From assembly GCA_951406725.2 (NCBI GenBank), contig OX597818.1, positions 54,560,001 to 54,624,000 of the forward strand: DNA of 64,000 nt, read 5' to 3'. Each line of letters begins with the position of its first letter. Position 1 is the first letter of the stretch. The stretch comes from Octopus vulgaris (Eukaryota). Positions 13,351 to 27,468 of this stretch are shown piece by piece. The position numbers were made by a program, and so were the translations under genes. The notes under the pieces are model-generated. The model searched no databases and was not told where the DNA came from. It saw only the letters and a list, made by a program, of their open reading frames with translations.

Positions 13351-13548
13351 TCATTGTCAGTACATACATTGGAGTGACGATTCTTTCGGTAGAGATTCTG
13401 GGTTTACGGTTCTTCTGCTGATCTTATTTTACACTGTTTCTTTCTTTCTTACCTTTAAAACTAAAATATGATACGAGGGGGAGAGAGAGAGAGATTTCAC
13501 TGCTATTTCTAGCAGGCTGCGCGAACACGTAAAACCCGAGGATATAAA

Positions 13549-14041
13549 TCTTTATATATAAAAGTGAGGTTGTGTGCTGTCTGTCTCCTACGATTTAGAT
13601 TCCTAACTACTCCCAGATTTTGCGGTGCAGTTTAACCAAAACCGGGTATCTTATAGTCGTGATTCATATCGAGCCCTTCTGGGTATTAGCGCGCGTCTAC
13701 GATGAGTCTACGATTTAAAAAAATTTACCATCATTTTTTTCCATTTTAATGCATTTTTTTCGCTATTAAATAAGGGAAGTAACTCTCTAAAAATGTCTAC
13801 GATGAGTCAACGATTAAAAAAAAAATTTACCATCATTTTTTTCCATTTTAATGCATTTTTTTCGCTATTAAATAAGGGAAGTAACTCTCTAAAAATGTCT
13901 ACGATGAGTCAACGATTTTAAAAAAAATTTACCATAATTTTTTTTTCCATTTTTAATGCATTTTTTTGCCTATAACTCTCTAAAAATGCTTATATAGTTA
14001 TTTCCCTTACAAGCCCGAGCAACGCCGGGCGATACTGCTAG
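13549..14041 (+). mobile_element. Non-autonomous Helitron with internal ~105 bp tandem repeats
   Basis: A|TC...cccgagcaacgccggg hairpin...CTAG|T with no TSD. The same 5' segment precedes the helicase fragment at 63.4 kb. Confidence 0.88.
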
Positions 14042-14510
14042 TTCGTTTTAAAACTAGACTGAAATGTAGTCGGGAGCGAACGAGGTCTTTAGCTGCTGAT
14101 GTCGGAGTATGAATCAAATAAAATATATTTTCTCATTGGCCACAGTTTAGAGCATTAACACTGACAACAAAAGAAACCTCTGCTATTGATATATCTCTCA
14201 GCTAAAGAGATTAGGCGTTAATCCCCCCCCCCTGCGTTTCGGCTGTTGCTATATTGTTGTTGCTTAACTTATCTCTATGGGTTATAGTTGTTGTTGTTGT
14301 TGTTGTTGTTGTTGCTGTTGATGATGCTGTAACCGCTCTTATAGTCGCCGTCGTTGTCGTTGCCGTTGCCGGCTCCGCTGCCGCCGCCGCCGCCTCCGCA
14401 GCCACCGTCGTCGTCGTCGTCGTCGTTACTGCTGCTGCTGCTGCTGCTACTGCTGCTACTGCTGATTCTCTTGTTGTTTACAGTTATCGCTGGTATAACA
14501 GTCAGCTGTT

Positions 14511-15287
14511 AAGGCCGGCGAGCTTGGCAGAGAGGTTAGCACGCCGGGCGAAATGCGTAGCCGTATTTCGTCTGCCGCTACGTTCTGAGTTCAAATTCCG
14601 CCGAGGTCGACTTTTGCCTTTCATCCTTTCGGGGTCGATTAAATAAGTACCAGTTACGCACTGGGGTCGATATAATAGACTTAATCCGTTTGTCTGCCCT
14701 TGTTTGTCCCCTCTGTGTGTAGCCCCTTGTGGGTAGTAAAGAAATAGGTATTTCGTCTGCCGTTACGTTCTTAGTTCAAATTCCGCCGAGGTCGACTTTG
14801 CCTTTCATCATTTCGGGGTCGATAAATTAAGTACCAGTTATGCACTGGGATCGATATAATCAACTTAATCCGTTTGTCTGTCCTTGTTTGTCTGTGTTTA
14901 GCACCTTGTGGGTAGTAAAGAAATAGGTATTTCGTCTGCCGTTACGTTCTGAGTTCAAATTCCACCGAGGTCGACTTTGCCTTTCATCATTTCGGGGTCG
15001 ATAAATTAAGTACCAGTTACGCACCGGGGTCGATATAATCGAGTCAATCCGTTTGTCTGTCCTTATTTGTCCCCTCTGTGTGTAGCCCCTTGTGGGTAGT
15101 AAAGAAATAGGTATTTCGTCTGCCGTTACGTTCTGAGTTCAAATTCCGCCGAGGTCGACTTTGCCTTTCATCATTTCGGGGTCGATAAATTAAGTACCAG
15201 TTATGCACTGGGATCGATATAATCAACTTAATCCGTTTGTCTGTCCTTGTTTGTCTGTGTTTAGCACCTTGTGGGTAACAAAGAAAT
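14511..15287 (+). mobile_element. SINE group B tetramer (one head plus 4 units of ~184 bp)
   Basis: Units restart at gtatttcgtctg after aaagaaatag at about 14562, 14748, 14927 and 15111. Confidence 0.88.
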
Positions 15288-15297
15288 ATATATTATT

Positions 15298-15467
15298 CAG
15301 TGGCTGTGTGGTAAGTAGCTTGCTTATGAACTACATGGTTCCGGGTTCAGTCCCATTGCGTGGCATCTTGGGCAAATGTCTTCTACTATAGCCTCGGGCC
15401 GACCAAAGCCTTGTGAGTGGATTTGGTAGACGGAAACTGAAAGAAGCCTGTCGTATGTATGTATATA

Positions 15468-15544
<77 letters not shown>

Positions 15545-15768
15545 TTGTGTGTCTGTGTTTGTCCCCCTAGCATTGCTTGACAACCGATGCTGGTGTGTTT
15601 ACGTCCCCGTCACTTAGCGGTTCGGCAAAAAGAGACCGATAGAATAAGCACTGGGCTTACAAAAAGAATAAGTCCCGGGGGTCGATTTGCTCGACTAAAA
15701 GGCGGTGCTCCAGCATGGCCGCAGTCACAGTCAAATGACTGAAACAAGTAAAAGAGAAAGTAAAAGTA
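15298..15768 (+). mobile_element. SINE group A
   Basis: Identity with 2265-2688. Confidence 0.85.
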
Positions 15769-16249
15769 AGCTGTTTTTACACTTGGTCATGTCGTTTTCT
15801 GATTGTTACGCTATTGTTATTGTTGTTGTTGTTGTTATAGGTCAAGGCGGACGTGGTAGTGGAGGTGGAGGTGGAGGTGATGGCGGTGGTGGTGACGGAG
15901 AAGGTGGTAACGATGTGGTGGTGTTGATGGCGGTGGTGGCGATGGTTGCAACGCACCGCATCAACCATGGTGTAGCTGACGTACTGCGCCCGTCTCTTCA
16001 TCGTTAATCTTATTTACTTATCTCAATTGATTAAACTTTATCTCGATGATGCCGTACAGACTTAATTACCCAAGTGAGATAATCCAGCAAACTGTGTGTA
16101 CTTTAGAAAGAGAGAGAGATTCTTACTCAGGTGTAAACATGTGCATACACGTGTGTACAGGTGAAATACCTAATTGGATAAGACAGTTGGTTACCTTCTC
16201 AAAGATTGCATGTCTTACTATGTTTCAGAACTGAACATCTAATATTGGT

Positions 16250-17065
16250 TTCACATTTTAGCACAAGGCCAGGTATTTTTTTTGTGTGTGTGTGGGTGTG
16301 GTGGTGGTGGTAGGCGGCGAGCTGGCAGAATCGTTAGCACGTCGGGCGAAATGCGTAGCCGTATTTCGTCTGCCGTTACGTTCTGAGTTCAAATTCTGCC
16401 GAGGTCGACTTTGCCTTTCATCCTTTCAGGGTTGATTAAATAAGTACCAGTTACGCACTGGAGTCGATGTAATCGACTTAATCCGTTTGTCTGTCCTTGT
16501 TTGTACCCTCTGTGTTTAGCCCCTTGTGGGTAGTAAAAAATAGGTGGTGGTAGGGGAGGGGTAAGTCGTTTACATCAGTCCCAGTGTTCGGCTGGTACTT
16601 GTTTTATCGGCCCCGAAAGGACGAAAAGCAAAGTCGGCCGCGACAGAATTTGAACTCAGAATGTTAGATAAGGTAAGTAGCTTGCTTACCAACCACATGG
16701 TTCCGGGTTCAGTCCCACTGCGTGGCACTTTGGGCAAGTGTCTTCTACTATAGCCTCGGGCCGACCAATGTCTTGTGAGTGGATTTGGTAGATGGAAACT
16801 GAAAGAAGACCGTCGTATGTATGTATATATGTATGTGTGTGCATGTGTTTGTGTGTTTGTGTTTGTCCCCCCACCCCAACATCGCTTGACAACCGATGCT
16901 GGTGTGTTTACGTCCCCGTAACTTAGCAGTTCGACAGAAGAGACCGATAGAATAAGTACGAGGCTTACAAAGAATAAGTCCTGGGGTCGATTTGCTCGAC
17001 TAAAGGCGGTGCTCCAGCATGGCCACAGTCAAATGACTGAAACAAGTAAAAGGGTAAAAGAGTAA
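16250..17065. mobile_element. Nested SINEs: B monomer (16312-16542, +) and A (16672-17064, +) inside an older - strand B-type copy
   Basis: The B monomer is flanked by a ggtggtggt duplication; the - strand B sequence resumes on both sides. Confidence 0.7.
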
Positions 17066-17389
17066 GACGGATGAAACGCAGTTAAGTGTTTTGTCCGACG
17101 TGGTAAGGATTCGACCAGTTCGCAGTCCTCTGGATACCTAATATTGGTTTGAAATTTTGGCACAAGGCCTGCAGATTTAGGGGAGGGGTAAGTCAGTTAG
17201 ATCGGCCCCAGTGTTCAACTGATACTTATTTTATCGACCATGGCAGGCCAAAAGGCAAAGTCGAACCCGGCGGAATTTGAACTCAGATCCTAAAGACGGA
17301 CGAAATACCGCTAATAATTTTGCCCGACCTGCTATCGATTCTGCTAGTTTGTCCTTTTTGGACACCCAATATTACAGTCAGTTGTGGTT

Positions 17390-17860
17390 CTGCATAGCAT
17401 TTTCGGAAAGTGTCTTCCTAACACATCTTGAGAAAATTTCCTCTTTACACGGCATCTTAGGAAAGTGTCTTATTTACACGGCATCAAAGGAAGTGTTTTC
17501 TGTATACGACATCTTCGGGAAGTTTCTTATATACACGGTATTTTGCGAATGTGTCTTCTCTATATAGCACCTTGAGAAAATATGTTAGCTACACAGTATC
17601 TTAGGAACGTCTTTTTAGAGATTGTCGTCTTCACACGGCATTTCAGGAAAGTGTCTTCTTATCACAGTATCTCGAGAAAATCTCTCCTCTACACAATATC
17701 TTTGCAAAGTGTTTTATTTACACGGCATCTTGGGAAAGTGTGTTCTCTACACGACGTCTGAGGAAAGTCACTTCTCTACACGACATGTCGGGAAAGTGCC
17801 TCATGTTGACCATTGCTCTGTAAGTGAAACTCGGTTGAGTGAAACTCGGTTGAGTGAAAC
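17390..17860 (+). repeat. Degenerate ~25 bp minisatellite derived from the SINE A core (tacacggcatcttgggaaagtgtcttc)
   Basis: Repeated variants of ggcatcttgggcaagtgtcttct; partly recopied at 19045-19240. Confidence 0.7.
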
Positions 17861-18490
17861 TGCTTGGAGTCTTGTTATAGTGATCATTCCTGTATTTAGG
17901 TAGAAGATTTAAACTGCCACTCGGCTTAACAGCATCTAGTGCTTGAGCTCAATCTGCTGCGAAACTCTTAGCGACATTTCTTCCGGCTCTCAAATGCCCC
18001 CGAAATCGACTTTGTCTTTCATCTTGTTGGAGTCGATCAAATAAGTACCAGTTAATCGATTTGCTCTCCTTTAAATTTAATGGTCTGGCCCCCAAAATTT
18101 GAACCCATTGTTATGTAACTCCCAGTCAGTTGTGTGTGACAAGATAAATGTAATATAAGTAGTCAGGTGTGGCTGTGTGGTAAGAAACTTGCTTCCCAGC
18201 CACATGGTTCTAGGTTCAGTCCAACTGCGTGGCACCTTGGGCGAGTGTCTTCTACTACAGCTTTGGGCTGATCAAGGCCTTGTGAGTGGATCTGGCAGAC
18301 GGAAACTGAAAGAAGCTCGTCGTGTGTATGTATGTATGTATGTATTTATGTATGTATGTATGTATGTATGTGTGTGTGTGTGTGCGTGTGTCTTTGTTTC
18401 TGTGTTCGGTTCCCATCGAAGTCAACTTTACGTTTCATCCTTTCGGGTTCCTCCTCCTCCTCCCCCTCCCCTCCTCCTCCTTATCATCAT

Positions 18491-18522
<32 letters not shown>

Positions 18523-18535
18523 CCACCATCGTCGT

Positions 18536-18850
18536 CATTTAACGTCCGCTTTCCATTCTGGCGTGGGTTGGACGGTTTAACTGAGAGCTGGCAAGCCGGA
18601 AGGCTGCACCAGGCTGCAGTCTGACCTGGCAAGGTTTCTACAGCTGGATGCCATTCCTAACACCAACCACCCTGACAGTGCAGTGGGTGCTTTTTACGTG
18701 TCATCGGCACGGGAGCCAGTCAGGGGGCACTAACATCGACCACATTCGGATGGTGCTTTTTACGTGCCACCGGCACGGGAGCCAGTGAGTGGGGAGCTGG
18801 CATCGACCACATTCGGATGGTGCTTTCTACGTGCCACCGGCACGGAAGTC
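18536..18850 (-). mobile_element. SINE/RTE-related repeat with ~62 bp internal tandem units
   Basis: Minus strand motif gtggttggtgttaggaatggcatccagctgtagaaa; three copies of ggtgctttttacgtgccaccggcacggga; (CAT)n tail. Confidence 0.6.
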
Positions 18851-19899
18851 AATCAGGACGGGCCGCTGGCAATCGATTAATCCCCTGCCCTCTAAAACTG
18901 CTAACCTTCTGCCAAAATTTGAAATGAATTTTTGCTTTCCATGTGGATGTGACATGGCAGAAACATTAGCACGCCGGTTAAAAAGCGTAGCGGCATTTCT
19001 TTCAGCCTTACGTTTCGAGTTCAAACGCTACAAGAACCTATGTTAAGGAAAGTGTCTTCTTATCACAGTATCTCGAGAAAGTCTCTCCTCTACACGGCAT
19101 CTTTGCAAAGTGTTTTATTTACACGGCATCTTGGGAAAGTGTGTTCTCTACACGACGTCCGAGGAAAGTCTCTTCTCTACACGACATGTCGGGAAAGTGC
19201 CTTATGTTGACCATTGTTCTGTAAGTGACACTCGGTTGAGATCCGCTCACAAGGCCTTGATCAGCTCAAAGCTGTAGTAGAAGACACTTGCCCAAGGTGC
19301 CACGCAATGGGACTGAACCTAGAATCATGTGGTTGGGAAGCAAGTTTCTTACCATCAGTTATTCTCCACTCTACTCCACTATCTCACCCCATTAATCTAC
19401 TCCCCTGTAACTGTCACAGCTAACCACATCCCACTCACTATCTTACTGTTCCCCAATTGCCACACCCTTACTAGTTATTACACACTGTTGTCGTAATTGC
19501 CCTACACTTTATATCTAACTATCAATTGTTCCTCTAAAGGTCTCCTATCACTAAAGTCATATACTAAAATCACCTGTCAACCCTTTTTTTTACTATGAAG
19601 TCATAAGGAAAACTATGCCACTTTCCTTGGCGACTTTTATTCTTAAGTGTATCTCTAACGATTTTTCCATAGAATTTAGATCCAACACTGAAAGTTACGA
19701 CGTTTCGTTTACGAATATCACCATGTAAATAATGCGATCGAAGATAGAAATATCGGTAATGGGTTTGTATGAATATTTCTAGAGTTATTCCTCCTTCTTT
19801 TATGGATAATTGTGAAGTTAACGTCATAACCATACGTTTATGCCTGTAGTCATCTTTGTTTCAGTATGTATTGAAGCTTGTCATAAATATTCAAGTAGG

Positions 19900-20404
19900 A
19901 AGGCGGTGAGCTGGCAGACACGTTTGCACACCAGGCTAAATCCTTAGTGGTATTTCGTCTTGTCTTTAGGTTCTGAGTTCAAATTCCGCCGAGGTCGACT
20001 TTGCCTTTCATCCTTTCGGGGTCGATGAATTAAGTAACAGTTACGCACTGGGGTCGATGTAATCGACTTAATCCGTTTGTCTGTCCTTGTTTGTCCCCTC
20101 TGTGTTTAGCCCCTTGTGGGTAGTAAAGAAATAGGTATTTCGTCTGTCGCTACGTTCTGAGTTCAAATTCCGCCGAGGTCGACTTTGTCTTTCATCCTTT
20201 CGGGGTCGATGAATTAAGTACCAGTTACGCACTGGGGACGATGTAATCGACTTAATCCGTTTGTCTGTCCTTGTTTGCCTCCTCTGTGTTTAGCCCCTTG
20301 TGGGCAGTAAAGAAACAGGTATTTCGTCTGCCGCTACGTTCTGAGTTCAAATTCCGCCGAGGTCGACTTTACCTTTCATCCTTTCGGGGTCGATAAATTA
20401 AGTA
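19900..20404 (+). mobile_element. SINE group B trimer (last unit truncated)
   Basis: Units at about 19951, 20135 and 20319. Confidence 0.85.
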
Positions 20405-21165
20405 GGTTTTTCCTTTCCCATTTCTTACACAATCAAAGCTCATGGCTCCCACCATCAAGTGGTTTAATTACAATCGTGCAGTAAGGCGGTGCCCCAGCAT
20501 GGCCACAGTCTAATGACTGAAGCAGGTGAAAGATAAAAGATAAGGGGAATGATTCATACCAACAATTCATGGAGAACTCCAACCACTTGCATTAGCTAGA
20601 GGTTTTTATTCACCAATGTAATGCAAGTAAATCTACTATCATAAAACCCCTTCCTTCAAAATTACTGTGGGGCCTCTTAGTCACCGCCAAAATTGCTCTG
20701 AGGCCTCCTAGTCACCTCCAGGATTGCTGTGGAGATTTCTGGTTACCCCCAACAGTTGCAGTATGAAATTTTGCTTTATGAAAACGGTGGACTGACAGAA
20801 TCATTAGAGCGTCACGTTCTGGATTCTTATTCTGCCACGATCGACTTTGCCTTTCATCCTTCCTGAATCGATAAAATAAAGTACCAGTCAAGTACGAAGA
20901 TCAGTTTAATCAACTGACGCTCCCACACATTCGTAATCACAAGCTTATTTTAAAATTATTTGTCTTTCGTCATTTACCCTCTGCTTTACTCCACCAATTT
21001 ATATCACCGAACTCTTATAGCTGTCTCTACAGACTACATTACACCCATTAATTCTTTTCTAGCTACGATTCTCACCTCAAAATTTGCAGTAGAGCTTTCT
21101 GGTCCTTCCCCAGACGGATACTTACAAACCTTAGCTTTCTGTTAGCAGTACTCCTACTGAAATTG

Positions 21166-21398
21166 AAGGTGGCGAGCTGACAGAATCGTTAGCACGCCGG
21201 GCGAAATGCTTAGCAGTATTTCGTCTGTCGCTACGTTCTGTGTTCAAATTCCGCCGAGGTCGACTTTGCCTTTCATCCTTTCGGGGTCGATTAAATAAGT
21301 ACCAGCTACGCACTGGGGTCGATGTAATCGACTTAATCCGTATGTCTGTCCTTGTTTGTCCTCTCTGTGTTTAGCCCCTTGTGGGTAGTAAAGAAATA
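21166..21398 (+). mobile_element. SINE group B monomer with TSD
   Basis: Flanking agtactcctactgaaa / agtactcttactgaaa. Confidence 0.85.
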
Positions 21399-21589
21399 AG
21401 TACTCTTACTGAAAAAAAAAAGCGCCAAACAAACCTGCGCATGCTCCGTCTTGACCACCTCCACCTCCCAGCCAAGTTGCCCCATATGTAATTTCTAAGC
21501 AGGTCTCATTTCTTGGAGTGGAAATTTCTAGTTAAACTACCATTTCAATATTTGTCAACAGACCCATTTATCAACTCTTATATTTGCCT

Positions 21590-21720
21590 TATATTTACCT
21601 TATATTTGGTAATTTCTCTTATATTCTTTATTCTGACAACTGCATCCCTACTGTCAGTCGCTTCTGATAAAATACACGTCTGTGAAGATGACAATATGCT
21701 TCACTTTACTTAAACTTCTG
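21590..21720 (+). pseudogene. Possible very decayed LINE reverse transcriptase fragment
   Basis: LLSVASDKIHVCEDDNMLHF resembles the LLS...IHSYADDxTLH region of CR1/Jockey-type RT; weak. Confidence 0.3.
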
Positions 21721-22130
21721 CATCCATATAACAGTCATTCTAGAAATACACGATTTCATCAACAAGGATATTAAATACATACTTTAACGAGGCATATAAC
21801 ATCTATCTTCTTTCAAGCACGCAGAAAACCTATCACCACACATGTTGAAGAGACATACCGCCTTCTGTCAAGTCTTCACAAAATAATTTTATCCCATCGC
21901 CAAGTCACCTTCTGTTTTATTTTCTAGACACCACATTAAACACTTTCTTTATACCAATCATTTCTCTTCAGAACTTCGACCTTGTGTTTGTACTGTATGT
22001 AAAATGGTGTAAAAACCAACAGCTGGTATGGCCCCACGATGCATGGCTTCCAGGTGTCATCCCCACCGCGTCGAATCGCAGCCGACCAGTGATCTAGCAA
22101 AACACATATATTGTGAATGCGTGTTTGATA

Positions 22131-22161
<31 letters not shown>

Positions 22162-22195
22162 TGTATGTATGTATGTATGTATGTATGTATGTATG

Positions 22196-22286
<91 letters not shown>

Positions 22287-22304
22287 ATATATATTTATTA
22301 TATA

Positions 22305-22662
22305 GAGGGTACTATTATTTTTGTTCCGAATAGGCAGATTGTTACCGAAATGCATTACGAATAAGCCCGCCATTTTCATAGATATGTAAAGATAAACATT
22401 CGTACATGCTCCGACGAATTCTACGGTTGGCTGTCGGGTATGCTATATTGTGTTTTTTCCTTACATGTCTTGAGTTCGTTGCACTGAAAAACATAGAATG
22501 CATATTCTGCACTGATTGCGATATCACAGGTGATATGTAACTAAATTCTGTTTTTAAATGACTTGCTTTGAAGTTTTGCATTCGGTACAATTTGTTTATT
22601 TTAGTAGTTTTGACTGCAACAGTCCCTCCTAGCGTGCGGTACCTATGAATAATAGTACCCTC
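22305..22662. mobile_element. MITE with GAGGGTACTATTATT terminal inverted repeats (Sola-like termini)
   Basis: tata-gagggtactattatt ... aataatagtaccctc-tata. Confidence 0.75.
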
Positions 22663-22774
22663 TATATAATATAAATAAATATTTTCAAAGTGGAAAAATT
22701 TACAGATTTTTTCTCTTACGAGGTTTTTCAAGCTAACTACTGATAATTTCTTATAAAGATTTTATCCTTAATTT

Positions 22775-22825
<51 letters not shown>

Positions 22826-22827
<2 letters not shown>

Positions 22828-23210
22828 GCTTACCAACCACATGGTTCCGGGTTCAGTCTCACTACGCGGCACCTTGGCCAAGTGTCTTCTACTATAGCCT
22901 CGGGCCGACCAAAGTCTTGTGAGTGGATTTGGTAGACGGAAACTGAAAGAAACCCATCGTATATATGTATATATATATATATATATATGTACGTGTGTAT
23001 ATGTGTTTGTGTGTCTTTGTTTGTCTCCCCAACATCGCTTGACAACCGATGCTGGTGTGTTTACGTCCCCGTAACATAGCGGTTCGGCAAAAGAGACCGA
23101 TAGAATAAGTACTAGGCTTACACAGTCCTGAAGTCGATTTGCTCGACTAAAAGCGGTGCTCCAGCATGGCCACAGTCAGATGACTGAAACAAGTAAAAGA
23201 GGAAAAGAGT
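22826..23210 (+). mobile_element. SINE group A, 5'-truncated
   Basis: Identity with 2265-2688. Confidence 0.85.
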
Positions 23211-23549
23211 ATACATACATACATAAATGCGTATATATATGTAAATGTATATAGTATATTTGTGTAAATATATGTCTTGCAAACAACTTGCACATGCAAG
23301 TACTACCAGTTAAAAGCTCCGAATACCGGAAGCTAGCAAGTGTATGGGGTCATCAGGAGAGAATGCGTGCCGTTTCGGGGCCTACCTCTCGACGGCATCA
23401 ATGCGCACCGGCCCCCCTCACTGATATGAGGCCCCGCTTGCTAGATCAGCTGGTTATGAAGAACTCAATATACTTCTAGCCATCGCTCATCGTCTTTTTT
23501 ATATATATATATGTATATTAATATATGTATATTATAGCTATATATCTCT

Positions 23550-23642
<93 letters not shown>

Positions 23643-24407
23643 TAAGTGTTGCGGCTACTTGTCCATAGGAACCTAGTTAGGTCGTTTAGTATATAAAATT
23701 GAATATTCTAACTCTAGGTTGTCAATATGTTTTTTTTTAATCTCTGAGTACGATAAAATGGATTTTGATGGACTCATTTGACTCACCAACCAACTGCATG
23801 AAAGGGCGATTAGGACATGAATCGATAGAAAAATCTACCGACTTGCCGTCGTCCTGATCAGTCAAGCTGCTTAAGAACTCTTTGTACAAATTATAATTTC
23901 GAAATTTCGAACATTGAATCTAATACTTGTATTGTATTGCAGTTACCATTCGTCAACAGATGGGAGTATCAGTGATCGGTCGCATCGTGAGAACAACGAA
24001 AATGAGTCACCTCTCCCTCGCCCTCACCCTCAAAATATCGACGAACTCAGATTGGACAGTTGGGTGCTATCATTGAGTGTAAAGTGACCAGCTGTAATCT
24101 GCAGAAACTACCGATCGGTATCACTAATAAGTAAGCAAATAGTTCTTAAACACGAACTGTAAACGAAAGTGAAAAACAAACTTCGCTGTCGTAAAAAACA
24201 ATCAGGGTGTAGTACTATTAACAATAAGTTTGCAAATTTGTAGTATGAAAGTCATGCCACAAAGGTCGTAAAAGCCTCTCATTAGAATAATTAAGACATA
24301 TTCGTGAGAGGAGTGTGGAATGTAAGCAAGAAACACAATCCTGGTGTAATGGGGTTTAATTAGCAACGGAGTGAATACCTTACACACGTTTCTCCCAGAA
24401 CAAATGA

Positions 24408-25002
24408 TTTTCTTTATTACCCACAAGGGGCTACACACAGAGAGGACAAACAAGGACAGACAAACGGATTAAGTCGATTATATCGACCCTAGTGCGTAAC
24501 TGGTACTTATTTAATCGACCTCGAAAGGATGAAAGGCAAAGTCGACCTCGGTGGAATTTGAACTCAGAACGTAGCGGCAGACGAAATACCTATTTCTTTA
24601 CTACTCACAAGAGGCTAAACACAGAGAGGACAAACAAAGAGAAACAAACGGATTAAGTCGATTATATTGACCCCAGTGCGTAACTGGTACTTATTTAATC
24701 GACCCCGAAAGGATGAAAGACAAAGTCGACCTCGGCGGAATTTGAACTCAGAACGTAGCGGCAGACGAAATGCCTATTTCTTTACAACCCACAAGGGGCT
24801 AAACACAGATAGGACAAACAAGGACAGACAAACGGATTAAGTCGATTATATTGACCCCAGTGCGTAACTGGTACTTATTTAATCGACCCCGAAAGAATGA
24901 AAGACAAAGTCGACCTCGGTGGAATTTGAACTCAGAACGTAGCGGCAGATGAAATACCGTTGAGCATTTCGCCCGACGTGCTAACGCTTCTGCCAGCTTG
25001 CC
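24408..25002 (-). mobile_element. SINE group B trimer
   Basis: Three inverted units joined at gacgaaatac|ctatttcttt. Confidence 0.87.
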
Positions 25003-25617
25003 CACTAGTGAAACTCTTCTGCTGGTTGTTGCAAATCTACCGAACGGAGCCCCACCCCTGCCGCTGGCAGAGACCCGATAATCGGTTATTGATTTAGAAA
25101 GCTCAAATTCTACAAGGTAGGCCACGTCAACCTGTTCCAAAAAAACAAAAAACAACAAGCGCTCAACTAGATGTGCCAGACTGGTTAACAATTGCACGTA
25201 AAATGTTCGTAGCTAAAAGCCGGAAGATACAGGTCCATCGCATGTCTTGTTGCTGTACACACGTTGCTTGGATGTATTCCTTCGAGGTTAGTGTGAAACG
25301 CACAGCGTGCTGACTGGTGAGCAGGCAGGCTGAAAGAAAAATGTCTTGGTCTGTGCTGAACAACTGCTCAACGACGAAGTTGTCCTTAATGAAGCGAAAT
25401 GACGCCACTGAAGCTTACAGTCTCCATATCTTGACTCTAAGACGACGTTTGATTCTGTTTCTCACTCAGATATAACACAGTTACTACATCTCACCGTCAC
25501 TTCGAAGCTTCGGTTTATAAGCCGTCGTCAGGCTATGAGGTGGCGGTGAACGAAGTCGACGATGACAAAGGGAAACTTTGTATCCAAAAGGAAGTTCTCA
25601 TGTGAGAGGCGATTTAA

Positions 25618-25835
25618 CCCTTTAGCATTTAAACCGGCCATATCCGGCCAAAAGTATTCTGCCTGTTTTATGTTCAAAATGGCCAGATCTGGTCTCTCAC
25701 ACCAACCCTACAATATCGTTTTAAAAATTAACAGCTACCTCATCAAAATCTCAGAGCTACAAGATAATGCATGGTTAGTTCAAAACAATGTGGATGAAAA
25801 AGCATTAGTTTTGGCAGACTGTGAACACTAAAGGG
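25618..25835. mobile_element. piggyBac-like MITE
   Basis: TTAA-CCCTTTAG ... CTAAAGGG-TTAA. Confidence 0.8.
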
Positions 25836-26423
25836 TTAAGGATCTACACTAAAGAACTTTAATGGAATCATGACTGAATTCACTAAAATTCTCAAGGCCT
25901 GGAACCAATACGTAACGTAATAAAGTGAGCGTGTGTGATATATGGTTATTTGGATATCATAATTTGGCCACGGAGAAGAAGCCTCAAACTAAAAAAAATG
26001 AGGTTATTTTAGTAACCCTTCCAAGCACCTTCGAGATTATTGAATATTTAGAGTAAGGGCAACTGAGCACTACTATGCATGTTTTTCCTTGGAGCTTTTT
26101 AAGTTCCCGAGAGAGTTCGAGCCGGTCGCTAACAAAGTGACAAGACTTTTTGAGTTAAGATAGTTCTCGGTGTTTGTAAATATATGGTTGAGTTGGTGTG
26201 TTGGTTGAACTGTCGATGGGTTAGGGTTAATCTCTAACCCTAACCCAAGTGTGTTCATCTTTTCCCTTCAGAATCTCATATGGAGAATTTTTGGAATGTC
26301 TTACAAATCCCCACTGTACCATTAACAGATTGAATTTGTATGTATGTATATATGAATGTATGTTTGTGCGCGAGCTAATATGTATATACATACATACATA
26401 CATACATACATACATACATACAT

Positions 26424-26458
<35 letters not shown>

Positions 26459-26629
26459 TATATATGTATGTATGTATGTATATAGGCACAAGTGTGGCTG
26501 TGTGGTAAGAAGCTTACTTCCCAACCACATGGTTCCGGGTTCATTTCCACTGCGTGGCACCTTTGTAAGTGGATTTGATTGGAGGAAACTGAAAGCAGCC
26601 CGTCGTATACATATATACATATATATATA

Positions 26630-27101
<472 letters not shown>

Positions 27102-27104
27102 TTA

Positions 27105-27181
<77 letters not shown>

Positions 27182-27412
27182 TATTTATATTTGTGCGTTT
27201 GTGTCTGTGTTTGTTACCCCGCATCGCTTGACAACCGATGTTGGTGTGTTAATGTCCCCGTAACCTAGCTGTCTAAGAAAAGAAACCGATAGAATAAGTA
27301 CTAACTTGCAATGAATTAGTCGTCGGCTCGATTCGTTCGTCTAAAACTCCTTAAGGAGGCGCTCCAACATGGCCGCAGTCAAACGACTGAAACAAGTAAA
27401 AAAAATAAAAGA

Positions 27413-27468
<56 letters not shown>

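Noticed and set aside
23943-24130. Candidate upstream exon (ttgcag ... gtaagc)
   Set aside because: All three frames contain stops and there is no signal peptide; it could be non-coding but is unsupported. The channel's first exon was not identified.
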